DNA from: Eledone cirrhosa
Taxonomy: Eukaryota
NCBI GenBank assembly: GCA_964016885.1
Contig: OZ024741.1
Location: 254,014,001-254,078,000, forward strand
Length of the DNA: 64,000 nucleotides
Direction of reading: 5' to 3'
Made by a program: the position numbers and the translations under genes. Positions 41,812 through 57,899 of the stretch are shown here, piece by piece (position 1 is the stretch's first letter; each line of letters opens with the position of its first letter). The notes beneath the pieces are model-generated. The model was not told the origin of the DNA and searched no databases. It saw nothing but the letters and a program-made list of their open reading frames with translations.

Positions 41812-42182
41812 ATATTCGTTTAATACTGTGTAAATATACAATACGTATTTCTATGGCCAGAATATGTCATCAGATAATAGCATAAGATAATTGGCGATGT
41901 TATCAGGTGTAATTAACAAAAAAATTTAAAAGATTTAGTAATCCCTACTGAGTTATGGCAAAACATAGACAAAGAATTGATATATAGGCATTCTGCCGAG
42001 TGATTCAATCACTGCGACGGACGGTCTGTTTTGTCGTAACCCTTTAGGGATTACTAAATCTTTTAAATTTTCATGTTAATTACACCTGATTACATCGACA
42101 ATTATCTTGCATCATGATCTGATGACATGGTGGTCATAGAAAGACGTGTTGTGTATTTACACAGCATGAAAGGAATATATTG
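41812..42182. mobile_element. Foldback/MITE-like element with long diverged inverted arms
   Basis: atcaggtgtaattaaca...tttaaaagatttagtaatccct pairs with agggattactaaatcttttaaa...tgttaattacacctgat. Confidence 0.7.
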
Positions 42183-42329
42183 GAATACGGCCTTAATTCT
42201 TTATTGAATATATATATGTATGTATATGTGTGTGTCTGTGTGCGTGTGGATGGATGGGTGGGTGGACCCGTAACTCTTGTAGGAGTTGTAGGTGCACAGT
42301 ATTTACATATAGTGTTACACTGGGCTTTT

Positions 42330-43702
42330 TAAAACGTACTTGTTCAATTAACACTCAACATTTAATCTTCTACCATACTATTTCATTATAATATTATAAT
42401 TTTAAAGGATTGTAAATAAAACGAGTAAATCAGACAAAGTTGGAATTCCTTTTATTAATATATATTATTAATATCTATTTGACCCTATCCTAAGCATCAA
42501 TTGTTTTGCTATTTTTAGAAATGATGAAAATATCATTTTCGAGGGTTTTTATAAAAAATCTTCAGTAATCATCAACATCAACACTTTTATTATTATTGTT
42601 GTTGTTGTTGTTGTTGTTGTTGTTAGTGGTGGTAGTTGACATGGTTGTAGGCGTAGTCATAGTAGAAGTAATACCCCTAAGCATTATTATTGCTCATTTA
42701 GCTTGGGTTGGAATTTATCAAAAAATTCTTTTCTTTAATTTTTCTCTTGATTTCACTTGGGCTGTGTAATTTGTAGAATGGAAATATTATAAATATTTTC
42801 TGACCACATGTTGCTAGATGGTTACTCAGGTTACATAAAAAACTGGAAAAATATTCCCAAATGCAAATATGAACTGCAAAAGCAGAAATCTAATTTACTT
42901 CACTAAATGCCCGAATTGTGAAGAACTATATGTCGGTCAAACTGGAAATGCACTATCGGAACGTACACAGGTGCACCAACAGCAAATCAGAGACCCAAAT
43001 GTCCGTCAGGTACTCCTGAGTAACCATCTAGCAACATGTGGTCAGAAAATATTTATAATATTTCCATTCTACAAATTACACAACCCAAGTGAAATCAAGA
43101 GAAAAATTAAAGAAAAGAATTTTATTGATAAATTCCAACCCAAGCTAAATGAACAATAATAATGGTTAGGGGTATTACTTCTACTATGACTACGCCTACG
43201 ACCATGTTGACTACCACCACTAACAACAACAACAATAATTGATGTTGATGATTACTGAAGATTTTTTATAAAAACCCTAGAAAATGCTATTTTCATCATT
43301 TCTAAAAATAGAAAAACAATTGATGCTTAGGATAGGGTCAAATAGAAGTCGTTAGACATGCTCAACCAACCGTGATGCCTAAACCAATCAGCTTTAGTAA
43401 TCTAGTGAAACTACACACCGATTGGTCGAAATACAGTTTGCAAAACTTAGCATTCTGTAGCCCCTTTTTACTGTATATAAGGCACATATTTTAGCCATCT
43501 CATTACAGTTGAAAATTGCAAACTTGACTGTCACCACAGAATATGAAGCTGAAGATTCCGAAAGCATGAAAGTACTTGTTCAATTAAGATTTAACATTTA
43601 ATATTCTACAATACTATTTCATTATAATATCATTATAATTTTAAAGGATTGTAAATAAAACGAGTAAATAAGACAAAGTTGGAATTCCTTTTATTAATAT
43701 AA
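42330..43702 (+). mobile_element. Penelope-like element 3' fragment (GIY-YIG) with inverted and direct terminal duplications
   Basis: ORF 42869-43159 reads NLIYFTKCPNCEELYVGQT...R...H. 42474-42830 is an inverted copy of 43016-43346, and 42336-42462 is a direct copy of ~43572-43701. Confidence 0.85.
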
Positions 43703-43769
43703 TCTTCTATACAGAATCATACACCCCCGTATATATTTATTTATTTATATATATATATATATATCCGTT

Positions 43770-45860
43770 TAAATTTGGAGGGAAAAGTGTGCGCTATACT
43801 TTTGACCCAGAGACGGACGTAGAAGCATGCTGCCACATTGCTCGCCCGCCTCTGAGTCAGAGGTATCTTAGAAATACTGTAAAAAAAGATTGGATTTACT
43901 TTTGAAGTCAGTGATATAGTTGTATTCCTTGTCGGTAAATTCTTCTCTGTAAAGGTTTATCAGAGTTTTTAGGTTTCTCATTATTTTCTGATGACTGTAG
44001 TGTTCAGCTTTTTAGTAGTATGCTTCATCTTCTAAAATGGAGAGCACTAGGGTGGTATAATATTCTGTCTCCATTAGGACTACCGCACTCCCTTTATCAG
44101 CCTCTTTGATTGTTATAGTTTTATTGTTCTTTAATCTTTTCAACTCATCCCATTCTTTCTTGCTGAAGTTTGGCTTGTGTTTTTGTCTGTGTAAGTGTTG
44201 ATATGGGTAATTTGTAATGTGTTCGCAGAATTGGTCGAGAATTTTATTCTTACCTTTTGATGAGGTGTAGTTGCTTCTATTTCTAGCTAGTGATTTGTCC
44301 TCATTGTACTGGCTGTGTAGTTCCTCGCTGAGTCATAATTTTCTACAGAATTCTGCAATGTATTCCTTCATATACTAGTAGTTTAGACGTGGGGGGGGGG
44401 GGGTTAAACTTGAGCCCTTTAGAGAGTATGTTGATTTTGTGACTACAATTGCAGTAGTAGTAGTGGTTCTAGTAGAGGAAGGAGGGGTAGGAGGAGGAGG
44501 AGAAAAAAAAGAAGAAGAAGGTGTGGTAGTAATAATAGGACTATAGAAAAGGAGGAAGGGAAAGACGAAAGAGGAGGAGACGACGGGGAGTTGTTGTAGC
44601 AATATTATTATTAGTAGTATTAGTAATAGAAGCTGTCCGTGGGACTGACCTTAATGGTAGAGTGACTAAAAATTGACACGAGGCAGTGGTTGCTTCTAAA
44701 TATATTTATCTTTCTTAGTGCTTCTGTAGGAAATATTGTCCTTAATTTGTTAATGTTGGGTGTTTGTTGCAGTTTCGTCTGTGGTGGATGCATTTAAACG
44801 GAGTTCGTATTTTGTGATAAAGAGTGATTCTTTGCTAATGTGTTGAATGTGGGTAGCGTTATCTTTAAATTTATAGGGAAGGTGGGGTTCTGAAATTGGG
44901 TTGTTCATTAGATGAGCTGGTATCAATGTATTCACTGAGTGCTATTTTTCTGTATTCCCGTATTTTAATTTGGGATCTATGAACGGTCATACGTTGACGA
45001 AGAGTGTTTTAGTTTGTCCTATGTACTGTTCTCGACAGCCTGAGCAAGTTAAAACATATAGTAGGTTTTCTGATGCGTATATGAAATTGTTTTTCACCGT
45101 GAAGCGTTGCCCCTGAAGCAGAACACCGATCCCTCTATTAGGTTGACACATATGCCACTGTTGGGTCTTCCACACGCATTTTTTTACTGTTGGTTTCGTT
45201 GTTGTGGTCGACTGGAGTTTGGTCTGTGTTAGGATATTTTTCATTGACTTCGGTTGTCTTTTGCTCTTTATAATGATGTCCGTTTGAAGGATTTGATTCA
45301 TTCTATGATCCCTTTTTAGTAAAGGGATGTTCTGGAGGATAGTTTCGAAGGCCTCATTGTTTAGGGGGTTGTGTGGTAGGGCTTTCAGTTTCGATTCATT
45401 CTTTTATTTGGCGTGTCTAAGTTCCTGGATACTGAGTTTTAGGACACGTTGGAATCCATTGTTAATTAGGGACCGTGGGTAATTTCTGCTAATGAGTGTG
45501 CCCTTTAGTTCTTGAAGTCGTATGTAACAGGTGTTTCTATCAAATTATTGTATATATCCTTTTGGCTAGGTTGTAAGAGATATTCATTTTTGTGTGTTTC
45601 GGGTGGCATGAGTTGAATGGAAGATATTGTTTGGAGTCTGTGGGCTTATAGTGTATGTCTGTTTCTATTTTGTTGTTAGTTTTCTTAATAAGGATGTTGA
45701 GGAAAGGAAGTTGCTGATGGCTGTATTCCATCGTAAATTGAATGTTTGTATTAAGTCCATTTAGAAGTGCTTTAAATTCATTAAGTTTCTCTATACTTTC
45801 ATGACAAAGGATGAAACAATCATCTAGATATCGCTTCTAATACCCTCTTCTTATTAATAT
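43770..45860 (-). mobile_element. Penelope-like element relic (RT plus GIY-YIG), rearranged
   Basis: RYLDDCFI at ~45830, LPFL..TDIHYKPTD..SCHP, LLYVLTCSGCREQYIGQT at ~45040 and IKEADKGSAVVL at ~44075-44118. Confidence 0.85.
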
Positions 45861-46018
45861 ACACCATAACTTAATTTTACACTTTTAATCATATTTCCTG
45901 TAGCATGAAGAAGCATAAACAACTATTGGGTGAAACCGGTACGATAAATTGCTTTTTTCAAATAAATGTTTTGCTGTTATTCTATGAGAAAATCCGATTA
46001 CCATTTTCTACTGTTTTT

Positions 46019-46149
<131 letters not shown>

Positions 46150-46476
46150 GTGCGTGCGTGCGTATGTATGTGTGTATGACATAGATTTCCACAACCACTT
46201 ACTAATACTACTATAGTTGAGAAAATAAAGGTAAAGTGAAAATGTAGAAAATTGTAATGGAACATTGTAAGCTGAACCTCAAACAATGATTGGTAGTGTG
46301 CCTTTAGTTTGAACTCATTCTCGTGATGTTTCTATATCAACTTGATGAAGATTGACACAGTATCACCTCTTCCATATGCTGAAACAAAACAACAGGCCAT
46401 ATATTTCAGTTGTACAAATTTAGAGAGACACACAAAATCCTCGTAGATTATTTGACATCTGGTATTTTCTCTACTC

Positions 46477-46545
<69 letters not shown>

Positions 46546-46551
46546 GTATAC

Positions 46552-49229
<2,678 letters not shown>

Positions 49230-49381
49230 TTTACGTTAATATTCATCCTTCTCTACTTAGAAAGTTTTAAATCCCACTATCAGGATAATTTCTTAACGGC
49301 GAAAGCTTCTGTTTCTACTAAATTTCAAACTCGTTGTCGTCAAAACAAACGCTTCTATATAATATATAATAAAGAAATCTA

Positions 49382-49708
49382 TCTATATAATACTAACAGT
49401 CTGTGATGATTGATTGCTTGGCTGTAATCTAATACAGCCAAAAGGGCGCATAATGGGAAAATAATTTGAAAGGAAGTTGACTCTGAAATAGGAATACAAA
49501 TGGAATAAAACAAGTTTCGTGTAAATCAGAGCACGGGTTCCCGAGGTCTGAGATTTTTCCGGGTACCTTCATAAATAGCCAAAAGCTCCATGATAACCAA
49601 TAACCCCCTTTCTATATATTATAACCATCACTCTCTATTATATTATATCCCTCTTTCTATATATATTACTAGACGACAGGTAACCCGTTGGGTCACTGGT
49701 CGTCTAGT
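49382..49708 (+). mobile_element. Non-autonomous Helitron-like unit 1
   Basis: 5' TCTATATAATACT and 3' hairpin ending in CTAG-T. The body is homologous to 49710-49870 and 54887-55070. Confidence 0.55.
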
Positions 49709-49982
49709 ATACTACTAATACTCTGTGATTGTGTGTTTGTCTGTTATTTAATAGAGTCAAAACGAGACATAAAGGGAAAATACTTTTAAAGGAAATTGCC
49801 CCAGAAACAAGTTTCGCGTAAATCGGAATAAAACAAGTTTCGCGTAAATCGGAGTGCAGGTCCCGAGAATTTCCCTTTCTCACTTGACCACCAATCAATC
49901 TCCCCACTCTATATCCTACTACAAACCTCACTCTCTCTCACTCAGCCACCAAATTCTCTCCCCCTCTCTATATACCACTACA

Positions 49983-52900
49983 CACGGATGACCAATAAAA
50001 TTCCGTCTCCCTGCTTCTTCAACCCATCCTTCCCACCCTCCCAACTTCAGAGTTGCTACCATGAACGTAGGCACATTGAAAGGTTGCTCAAATGAGGTTG
50101 TAGAGATGCTTGAACGTAAAGAAGTTGATGTTTGTTGTATTCAAAAGACTAGGTAGAGAGGGGGTCTGCCAGATTCATCGTGGGTAAAAAACGATGCTAT
50201 AAACTTTTCAGGGTGGGAAATGACAACGGACAGGGTGGTGTAGGAATTATGTTAGCTGAAAAATGGGTAGATAAGGTAATTGACGTAAATAGAGTGAATG
50301 ACAGAATAATTAAATTAAGACTAGTTCTAAATAGAACTACTGTGACAATAATATCCGCTTATGCACCCCAATCTGGTCTACCTGACGTTATAAAGGACAC
50401 TACCTCCCAAATAACTGACAGCGACTACTTAATTATTGCTGGCGATCTAAACGGCCACGTTGGACAAAAGAGTGATGGCTATGATGGAATCCATGGAGGC
50501 TATGGGGTTGGCTTCAGAATCCTGGAATTCTGTGACGCAAATAGCCTAATTATCTGTAACACAAACTTCAAAAAACGTGAAATCCACTTGATCACCTATA
50601 GATCAGGGGAACACGCCAGCCAGATAGATTATATCCTTACAAGAAGACGGGACAAAGTGTCTGTTGTTAACACTAACTCCCTCCCTCGTGAAGAATGCAC
50701 CTCCCAACATAGCCTAGTAGTTAGTGACCTCATAGTCAGGAATATACGTACTCGACGACAGAGGGGGCCTACCTTGAGGAGAAGAATATGGAAGTTGAAG
50801 GACCCCATAGCAGGTGACAAATTAAAAAGCTTATTACTTGATGCCTTTGACAATGAGGAAGAGCAATTAGAGACGTGCGATATAGAGGAACAGTGGCAAT
50901 TCTTGAAAGTGAACCTGCTGAAAGCAACGGATGAAATCTGTGGCTGGAGCAGACCTATTGGCAGGAGGAGAGTAACTTGGTGGTGGAGCAGTAAGGTGGA
51001 AGAGACAATCAAGGCCAAAAAGCAGGCTTGGAAAGTATGGCAGGATGGGGGAAGTAGAGAGCATTATCAAGTGGCCAGGAGAGTAGCTAGGAGACAAGTG
51101 TACCTTGCAAAAAGGGAAGCAGAGGATAGAAAGTTCAAGCATGTTCTACAACGTGAGGACCAAAAACGTGTGGTGTTCAGGATTGCTAGACAATGTGTCA
51201 AGGAAAACCGTGATATTGTCAGGGAGAAGTGTGTCCGTAATGATAACGGTGTACTTGCCCTCACTGATACTGATAAGAAAATAGCCTGGAAGTGTCACTA
51301 CGAGAGACTATTAAATGAGGAGAATAAATGTGAAAAAGATAGTCTGCCCCAAATCGATCCAATAGAAGGACTAGCGGTGCAAGTTAAAGGTAGTATAATA
51401 AGTAAGGCAATCAAAGATATGAAGACAGGCAAGGTAGCTGGGCCTTCGGAGATAGTTGCTGAGATGTTGAAGGCATCTGGTATGGTGGGACACACTATGG
51501 TCACCCGTATAGTTAACCAAGTAAGCAGCATCATCATTAACTGCTACAAGGGTAAAGGGGATGCTCTAGATAGGGGAAACCACATACGCTCTTTTCTTTG
51601 TACGACAACTACAAGAGAAGTACCTAGCTAAAAGTAAACCCCTCTACTTAGCTTTTGTTGACCTGGAGAAAGCCTTTGACAGAGTCCCCTGCTCCATTAT
51701 TTGGTGGGCTCCTAGAAAACTAGGTGTAGATGAATGGCTTGTGAGAGCTATACAAGCTATGTATAATGAAACAGTCAGTAAGGTTAGAATTAACAATGAA
51801 TATTGTGAAGAATTTAGTGTAAAAGTTGGCGTTCATCAAGGCTCTGTCCTTATCCCCCTCCTATTATTATTGCCCTTCAGGCTATAACAGAGGAGTTCAA
51901 GACCGGCTGCCCATGGGAACACTTATACGCAGATGATCTAACGCCCATATCTGAATCAATGGCTGAACTAGAGAAGAAATTCCAAACATGGAAGCATGGC
52001 CTAGAATCAAAAGGCCTTAAAGTTAACTTGTCTAAGACTAAAGTTCTAGTTGGTAGAAAGGAAAATAGAGCATATGTGCCCCCAGGGAAATGGCCATGCT
52101 CAGTGTGTAGGAAAGGAGTAGGCAGAAATTCCATTTTATGTCCCAAATGCAAAGTATGGGTACATAAAAGATGTAGTGGGATCACAGGTAAACTATCTAA
52201 AAACGTAGACTTTATATGTGGCCAATGCTCAGATGCAATAAGTAGCAAGTGTCCACAGGATATTAGCTCCTTCTATTGCCCAGATGGTTCTATAGAAATA
52301 GTAGACACTTTCCGTTACCTGGGTGACAAAATCAGCAGTGGAGGAGGGTGCTCCAAAAGTACAGTAGCCAGAGTTAGAACAGGATGGAAAAAGTTCAGAG
52401 AGCTTATACCGTTGTTGGCCACAAAAGGTTTCTCTCTAAGAATGAAAGTCAGATTGTATGATGCCTGTATACGAACAGCAATGCTACATGACAGTGAGAC
52501 ATGGGCATTACGTGCAGAGGATCTGCGCAGACTGGAAAGGAACGAAGCATGCATGCTCCGTTGGATGTGTAATAGTAATATACGTGAACGGCAAAGCATA
52601 AATGAACTAAGTGAGAAATTAGGAATAAGAGGGATCAGATGTTGTTTACTCGAGAGAAGACTACGTTGGTATGGTCACGTGGTGCGCATGAAAGACGACA
52701 GCTGCATAAAAAAGTGCAGGGCGATCAAAATTGATGGTAGTTACGGAGTAGGTAGACCCAGAAAAACCTGGGATGATCTGATAAATTAGACCTTACTTGC
52801 CACTCCCTAAGACAATGTCACTGGGCCGAGATCTTTGGCGCTACACAGTAATACAGAAGACCCGTCTTGCTTATGTACAAAGCAAAACCTAGTCAGTAGG
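49983..52900 (+). mobile_element. Near full-length RTE LINE (APE endonuclease, RT, internal Cys/His finger), inactivated by stops, frameshifts and deletions
   Basis: FRVATMNVGTL, SAYAPQ, IAGDLNGH, SQIDYIL, AFVDLEKAFD, GVHQGS, LYADD, FRYLG and RRLRWYGHV motifs. Confidence 0.92.
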
Positions 52901-53022
52901 CACCTCTCAACCAAATATACACCCCAATCCACTACCCCTACTCTATCCTTCCACTCCCACCAACACCACCCTCTCTCTGTAAAGTTGGTACCACAACATC
53001 CAGTCCAAATAAATGAGATAAT

Positions 53023-53206
53023 TGTTTCTACTTTAGGCACAAGGCCAGCAATTACCCAGTGCATTACTGGTACTTTATTTTATCGACCCCGTAAGGATGA
53101 AAGGCAAAGTCAACCTCGGCGGGATTTGAACTCAGATCGTAAAGGGACATAACTATGCTGGAAAGCATGGCGTCCGACCCTCTACCGATACTGCCAATCC
53201 ACCGCC
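53023..53206 (-). mobile_element. Full-length young SINE with target-site duplication
   Basis: ccaaataaatgagataat at 53005-53022 and 53205-53222. Confidence 0.9.
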
Positions 53207-53470
53207 AAATAAATGAGATAATGAGATCGAGATCGTGTAGGTGTCACGACAAAAAAACACACAGTCCACGCTGTAATGTGGCCGTGTAGGTAACACGGTA
53301 AAAAGTTCCCAGTTCCACACTGTAAATGTGGTTGGTGTTAGGAAGGGCATCCAGCCGTAGAAAACCTGCCAGCAGTCCTATATGAGCGAGATACGGTCAC
53401 CCGACCAACCTTGCCTCAAGTGGGACAACTCCCGTCTAACCCATGCTAGCGTGGAAGATGGACGTTAAAC

Positions 53471-53510
<40 letters not shown>

Positions 53511-53512
<2 letters not shown>

Positions 53513-54612
53513 ACCTCACTCTCTCTCATACTCCCTTAATTTCCACTATCTAATTAAAACAACAAACTCTCTCCCCCTCTCTCACTAGGCCACAAGTTCT
53601 CTACCTCTCTCTATATGCCATTAAATACCTCACTCTCTTCCACTCTCTTAATTCCCTCTCTGTCACTAGAGCAATAAATTCTCTCCTGCTCTCTATACAC
53701 CACTACATACCTCACTCTCTCTCACTCTCACAGTACCCTCTTTCTCACTAGACCACCAAATTCTCTCCCTCTCTCTATATCTCACTACATGTCTCAATCT
53801 CTCTCACAATACCCCTCTCTCACTAAAGCAACAAACTCTCTGCCCCTCTCTATATACAACTCTCACAACTCTCTTAATTTCTCTTCTCTCATTAAACCAA
53901 CAAACTCTCTCCCTCATTCTCTCTCTTTCGCCCTCTCTCAGTAGACCCTAATCTATCTCCCCATCTCTATATCCCACTTAATACCTCACACTCTCTCACA
54001 ATTCCCCCTCTCTCACTATTCCACAAAATTCTCTCCTCCCTCTTTATATTCAACTATATAACCCATTCTCTTTCACTCTCTTTATCCCCCCCCCCTCTGT
54101 TTCTAGAGCAACAAATTCTCTCCCGCTCTCTATATTCGACTACATACCTCATTCTCCCTCACTCTCACAATACCCTCTTTCTCACTAAACTAACAAATTC
54201 TCTCCCACTCTCTATATCCTGCTACAGACCTCACTCACTCTCTCAATTTCACCTCACTCACCAGACCACTAAATCCCCCCTCTCTATCTCACTACATGTC
54301 TCAATCACTCTCAGAATTTCCCCCCCCCTCTCTCTCTCTCTCTCACTAAACCAACATACTCTCCCCCATCTTCACTCTATACCACTACATACCTCACTCT
54401 CTCCAACTCGCTTAATTTCCCCTCTCTCATTAAACCAACAAACTCTCTCTATCCTAATATATATCACACTCTCTCTCACAATTCCCCCTCTATCACTAGA
54501 CCACCAAATTCACTCTCCCTCTCTATATGTCACTACATAACTCACTCTCTCTTACAATTCCCCCTCACACAAGACCAATAAATTTTCTCTCACTCTCTAT
54601 ATCCTACTACAA
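53511..54612. repeat. CT-rich ~70-75-bp degenerate satellite (also at 49870-49982), internal to Helitron-like unit 2
   Basis: ctctcactagaccaccaaattctctccctctctatat..cactacatacctcactctc, about 15 units. Confidence 0.85.
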
Positions 54613-54886
54613 TATTTTTTACTTTGAAACAACAAATATTTCCATCTTCTGTAAAGAACGATAAAGTTCCTCATTCCTTCCCCGCCTTTTGAACCCCTGG
54701 GGTGTGGGGGAGATCATTCTTTTTTTGGTGGTGTGCCTTTGTTGAATTATTTGACAGGAGTTTGAAATATGTGGTGGTGGAGGGTGGTGGTGGTGGTGGG
54801 GTGGTGTTGGTAGTAGTGTGGTGTTGGTAGTAATATTGTAGGTGGTAGTGTTGTGTCGTTAGTGGTGTTTGTTTATTTTGAATATA

Positions 54887-55166
54887 TCTATATACTATTA
54901 AAACTCTGTGATTGTGTAATACAGCAAAACCGGCGCATAATGGGAAAATACTTTGAAAGGAAATTGTCCCGGAAATGGGATTACAATGATATAAAAGAAG
55001 TATCGCGTAAATCGGAGCACGGGTTCCCGAGATACTGGATTTTTCCGGGTAGTTTCATAAATAAATAGAGAAAAAGATAGAGAGAAACCGATAGTGGTTG
55101 TGAGAGAGAAGGTTGAAAGAAAGGCATAGAGAGAGAGAGAGAGAGAAAGAGGCGACAGACAAGGAG

Positions 55167-55198
<32 letters not shown>

Positions 55199-55535
55199 CT
55201 TGTGGTGTTGTTGAATGAAATTATAACAGTTGACTTCAAAGAATCGAATAAAGCATCTAGCTAAAATTTACTGAATGAATATTAAGTGATATGTATCATA
55301 TAAATTGTGTTAAGACAAGATGTGTATAGCGAATATATTGAAGAAATATATTAGTTTAACGCTTGAAATAGCAGGAAGACATTCTAAACGTTTCGGACGC
55401 TAGGGCTTCCAATTTCATTTTATATTATGTACATGTCTATGTATATTTGAATCATTTATCAATTATTTTAAAGTGAATATGATTAAAAAAATATATTTTT
55501 AAGCGAATGTGACCCATCGGCTAACGTGTTGTCTA

Positions 55536-55537
<2 letters not shown>
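54887..55537 (+). mobile_element. Non-autonomous Helitron-like unit 3
   Basis: TCTATATACTATT start and gtgacccatcggctaacgtgttgtCTAG-T end. Confidence 0.5.
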
Positions 55538-55596
<59 letters not shown>

Positions 55597-55602
55597 CACA
55601 CT

Positions 55603-55638
<36 letters not shown>

Positions 55639-56348
55639 CATATATAAATACATATATATGTACATACAACTCACACACACACATAGAAAGCGCTTTCTAG
55701 CAACCAGCCTACTCGCTGACAGGCACCAATCACAAGCTTTCTGACTTGACCACTAGCCACGTGACAATTCTTAGCTATTTTGAATTCGTTTCTGGCGGGG
55801 ATCATTTAAGAAAAATCGTTGTCCAATTGAGTTTGTCTTCTGATGATTTCGAAACTCGTTGATTTATCCAAGATCGGATATTTCCAAAAAGCGAATGAAA
55901 TCTCCGGGGGTAGAGATATATTTGTTGATTTTGGTATGTTTATGTACACTTTTTCTTCTAACTTTGATTTTGTACCTAATTATGTATGATTAACTATATA
56001 TCTAGTCAATTTCTACAGGCTATCAGAAATACTAGGTAAATTTTCTGTGGCTGTGAATCGCGGATAAAAAGATATCATTTATTTATCTATTATTTCTTCA
56101 TAAGTACACTTTAAACTTATAGCCTCGTTTAAACGATTTTTTGTATGGTTGATTATGGTGATTGTGAGAAGAAGTAGTGTATATATTTTATCTAATGATT
56201 CTATGGACTTACTTTCTTATATATTGCTCTGATTGTTGATTATTCAATTAATTAATTCGTCATTGAGCCACACCGTGAATGGTTGCCAAAAACATATATA
56301 TATATATATGGCTCTGTCTAGTTTATGGGTATGTAAACTTCTAAATTT

Positions 56349-56439
<91 letters not shown>

Positions 56440-56440
<1 letters not shown>

Positions 56441-57540
56441 ATAATATAATATTTATAAAAAATACCAAAAATCAATACGTTTTTAAACTAACTCATATTT
56501 CAGCTGATAGAACTTCATCTCGAGGTCGTATTGCTACATAATTAGAAATTTTAAAAGTATTTAACAAATGAAAAATAAAAATTTCCATATTTCCTTATGG
56601 TTTTATACTGAGACCATCGGGAATTGGTTCAAAATCGGCCTCATCAGAGTTTATTTTCAAATATTATTAACTAATTTATATGTATATCAATTATAAAGAT
56701 GACGACAACAACAATTATAGACAGTAAGAATTTCAAATAGGATTCAAAATCATGGGATGTCCTCACTGGAAGAACTATTTGCCTCCCTTCAAGTTTTTTC
56801 AGATGAGCATTAACAAGATTAAAAGTGAGACAATATCATCAATAGTCAATTTAATTATAGTTGTTTTAGGGTGTCTGCGCTAGTATTGTGCGTTTTTTGC
56901 GAGAGATTTAACTGTTCAGATTCGCGATAACATGCAATTTTTCCGTGATAAAGTTCTGAGAAAAAATCTTTAGAAAAATAAGACATTCTTAAAAAAATTA
57001 TTAATAGTGGTATGGAATAATATGTGTAGTTCGAGTCCAACATATTTCAGAATTAAGTATATTGAGTGCTTTAGGGGCGAAAGCACCCTTAACAACTCCA
57101 CTAATTAATTAAATAATAGAAAATGAAATAAAAGGAAAAATTGTGTATGGTTTAATCCTCCATATGTCGTTCAAGTAGCATCCCATATACCTAGGATAAT
57201 TTTTAATATTTTGGAGAAAAAAAATTCCCCATAGGCATAAATACTATGGTATAATAAGCAAAAATAAGATTAAACTCTCTTTTTCGACCACACAAAATTT
57301 GGCAGAATATTTAGCTCTGAATAATTATAAGAAAATAAATTTATATAAACTAGAGCAAATAACACCCATGCTAAATCAACTTCAAACAGTAAATATTCGA
57401 CACAATAATGCTAGTACCTATAATGTAGATAATAGCGAGTGTATGAATGAAGTTGAAAATCTGCGAAATAACGTGGTCTCTAAAATAAGATAATATTCAA
57501 TACTCTTTGAAATAGAGTTTTATTAATTCGGCAACGCCGT
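56440..57540. mobile_element. Penelope-like relic with internal inversion
   Basis: Plus-strand WFNPPY...KIKLSFSTTQNL at ~57148-57340 abuts a minus-strand decayed C-terminus/3' region that carries CTGATGA at 56647-56641. Confidence 0.55.
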
Positions 57541-57549
57541 ATGGTAGGG

Positions 57550-57675
57550 GCAGTGGCGGATTGGCCAGGTTGCCAGGTTGCCCAATGGTAGGTGGGCCCC
57601 AGGGGACCCACGGTAGCATCGCAAGGGCCCACAGTAGCATTGCAGGGCCCACTGTAATATTTTAGGGGCCAATGC
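57550..57675 (+). mobile_element. hAT-like DNA transposon end
   Basis: CAGTGGCGGAT start with clustered GGGCCC subterminal repeats. No partner TIR found. Confidence 0.4.
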
Positions 57676-57899
57676 TTTGCTTTAAAAAAATACCTAAATC
57701 TAAGAGAAAGAAAACATTTTTTTAATAAATAAAACAACAAAGTAAAGCATTTGGTCAACCAATTCCTCAGGGAATTACTAGAAACTAAAATATACGTTAG
57801 TGCAAATAGCTGGAATTAGTGGTTGTACATTCTCCTAAATCTTGCTGTATTCATTCATGCATGCAAACATATATATATAGACACAGACACACAAGCATA

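Noticed and set aside
55840-55862. CTGATGA-tttc-GAAA-ctcg-TT hammerhead-like core
   Set aside because: No convincing stem I or stem II pairing.
56585-56650. Minus-strand CTGATGAggcc... at a PLE 3' end
   Set aside because: No GAAA follows the stem II closure. At best it is a decayed remnant.
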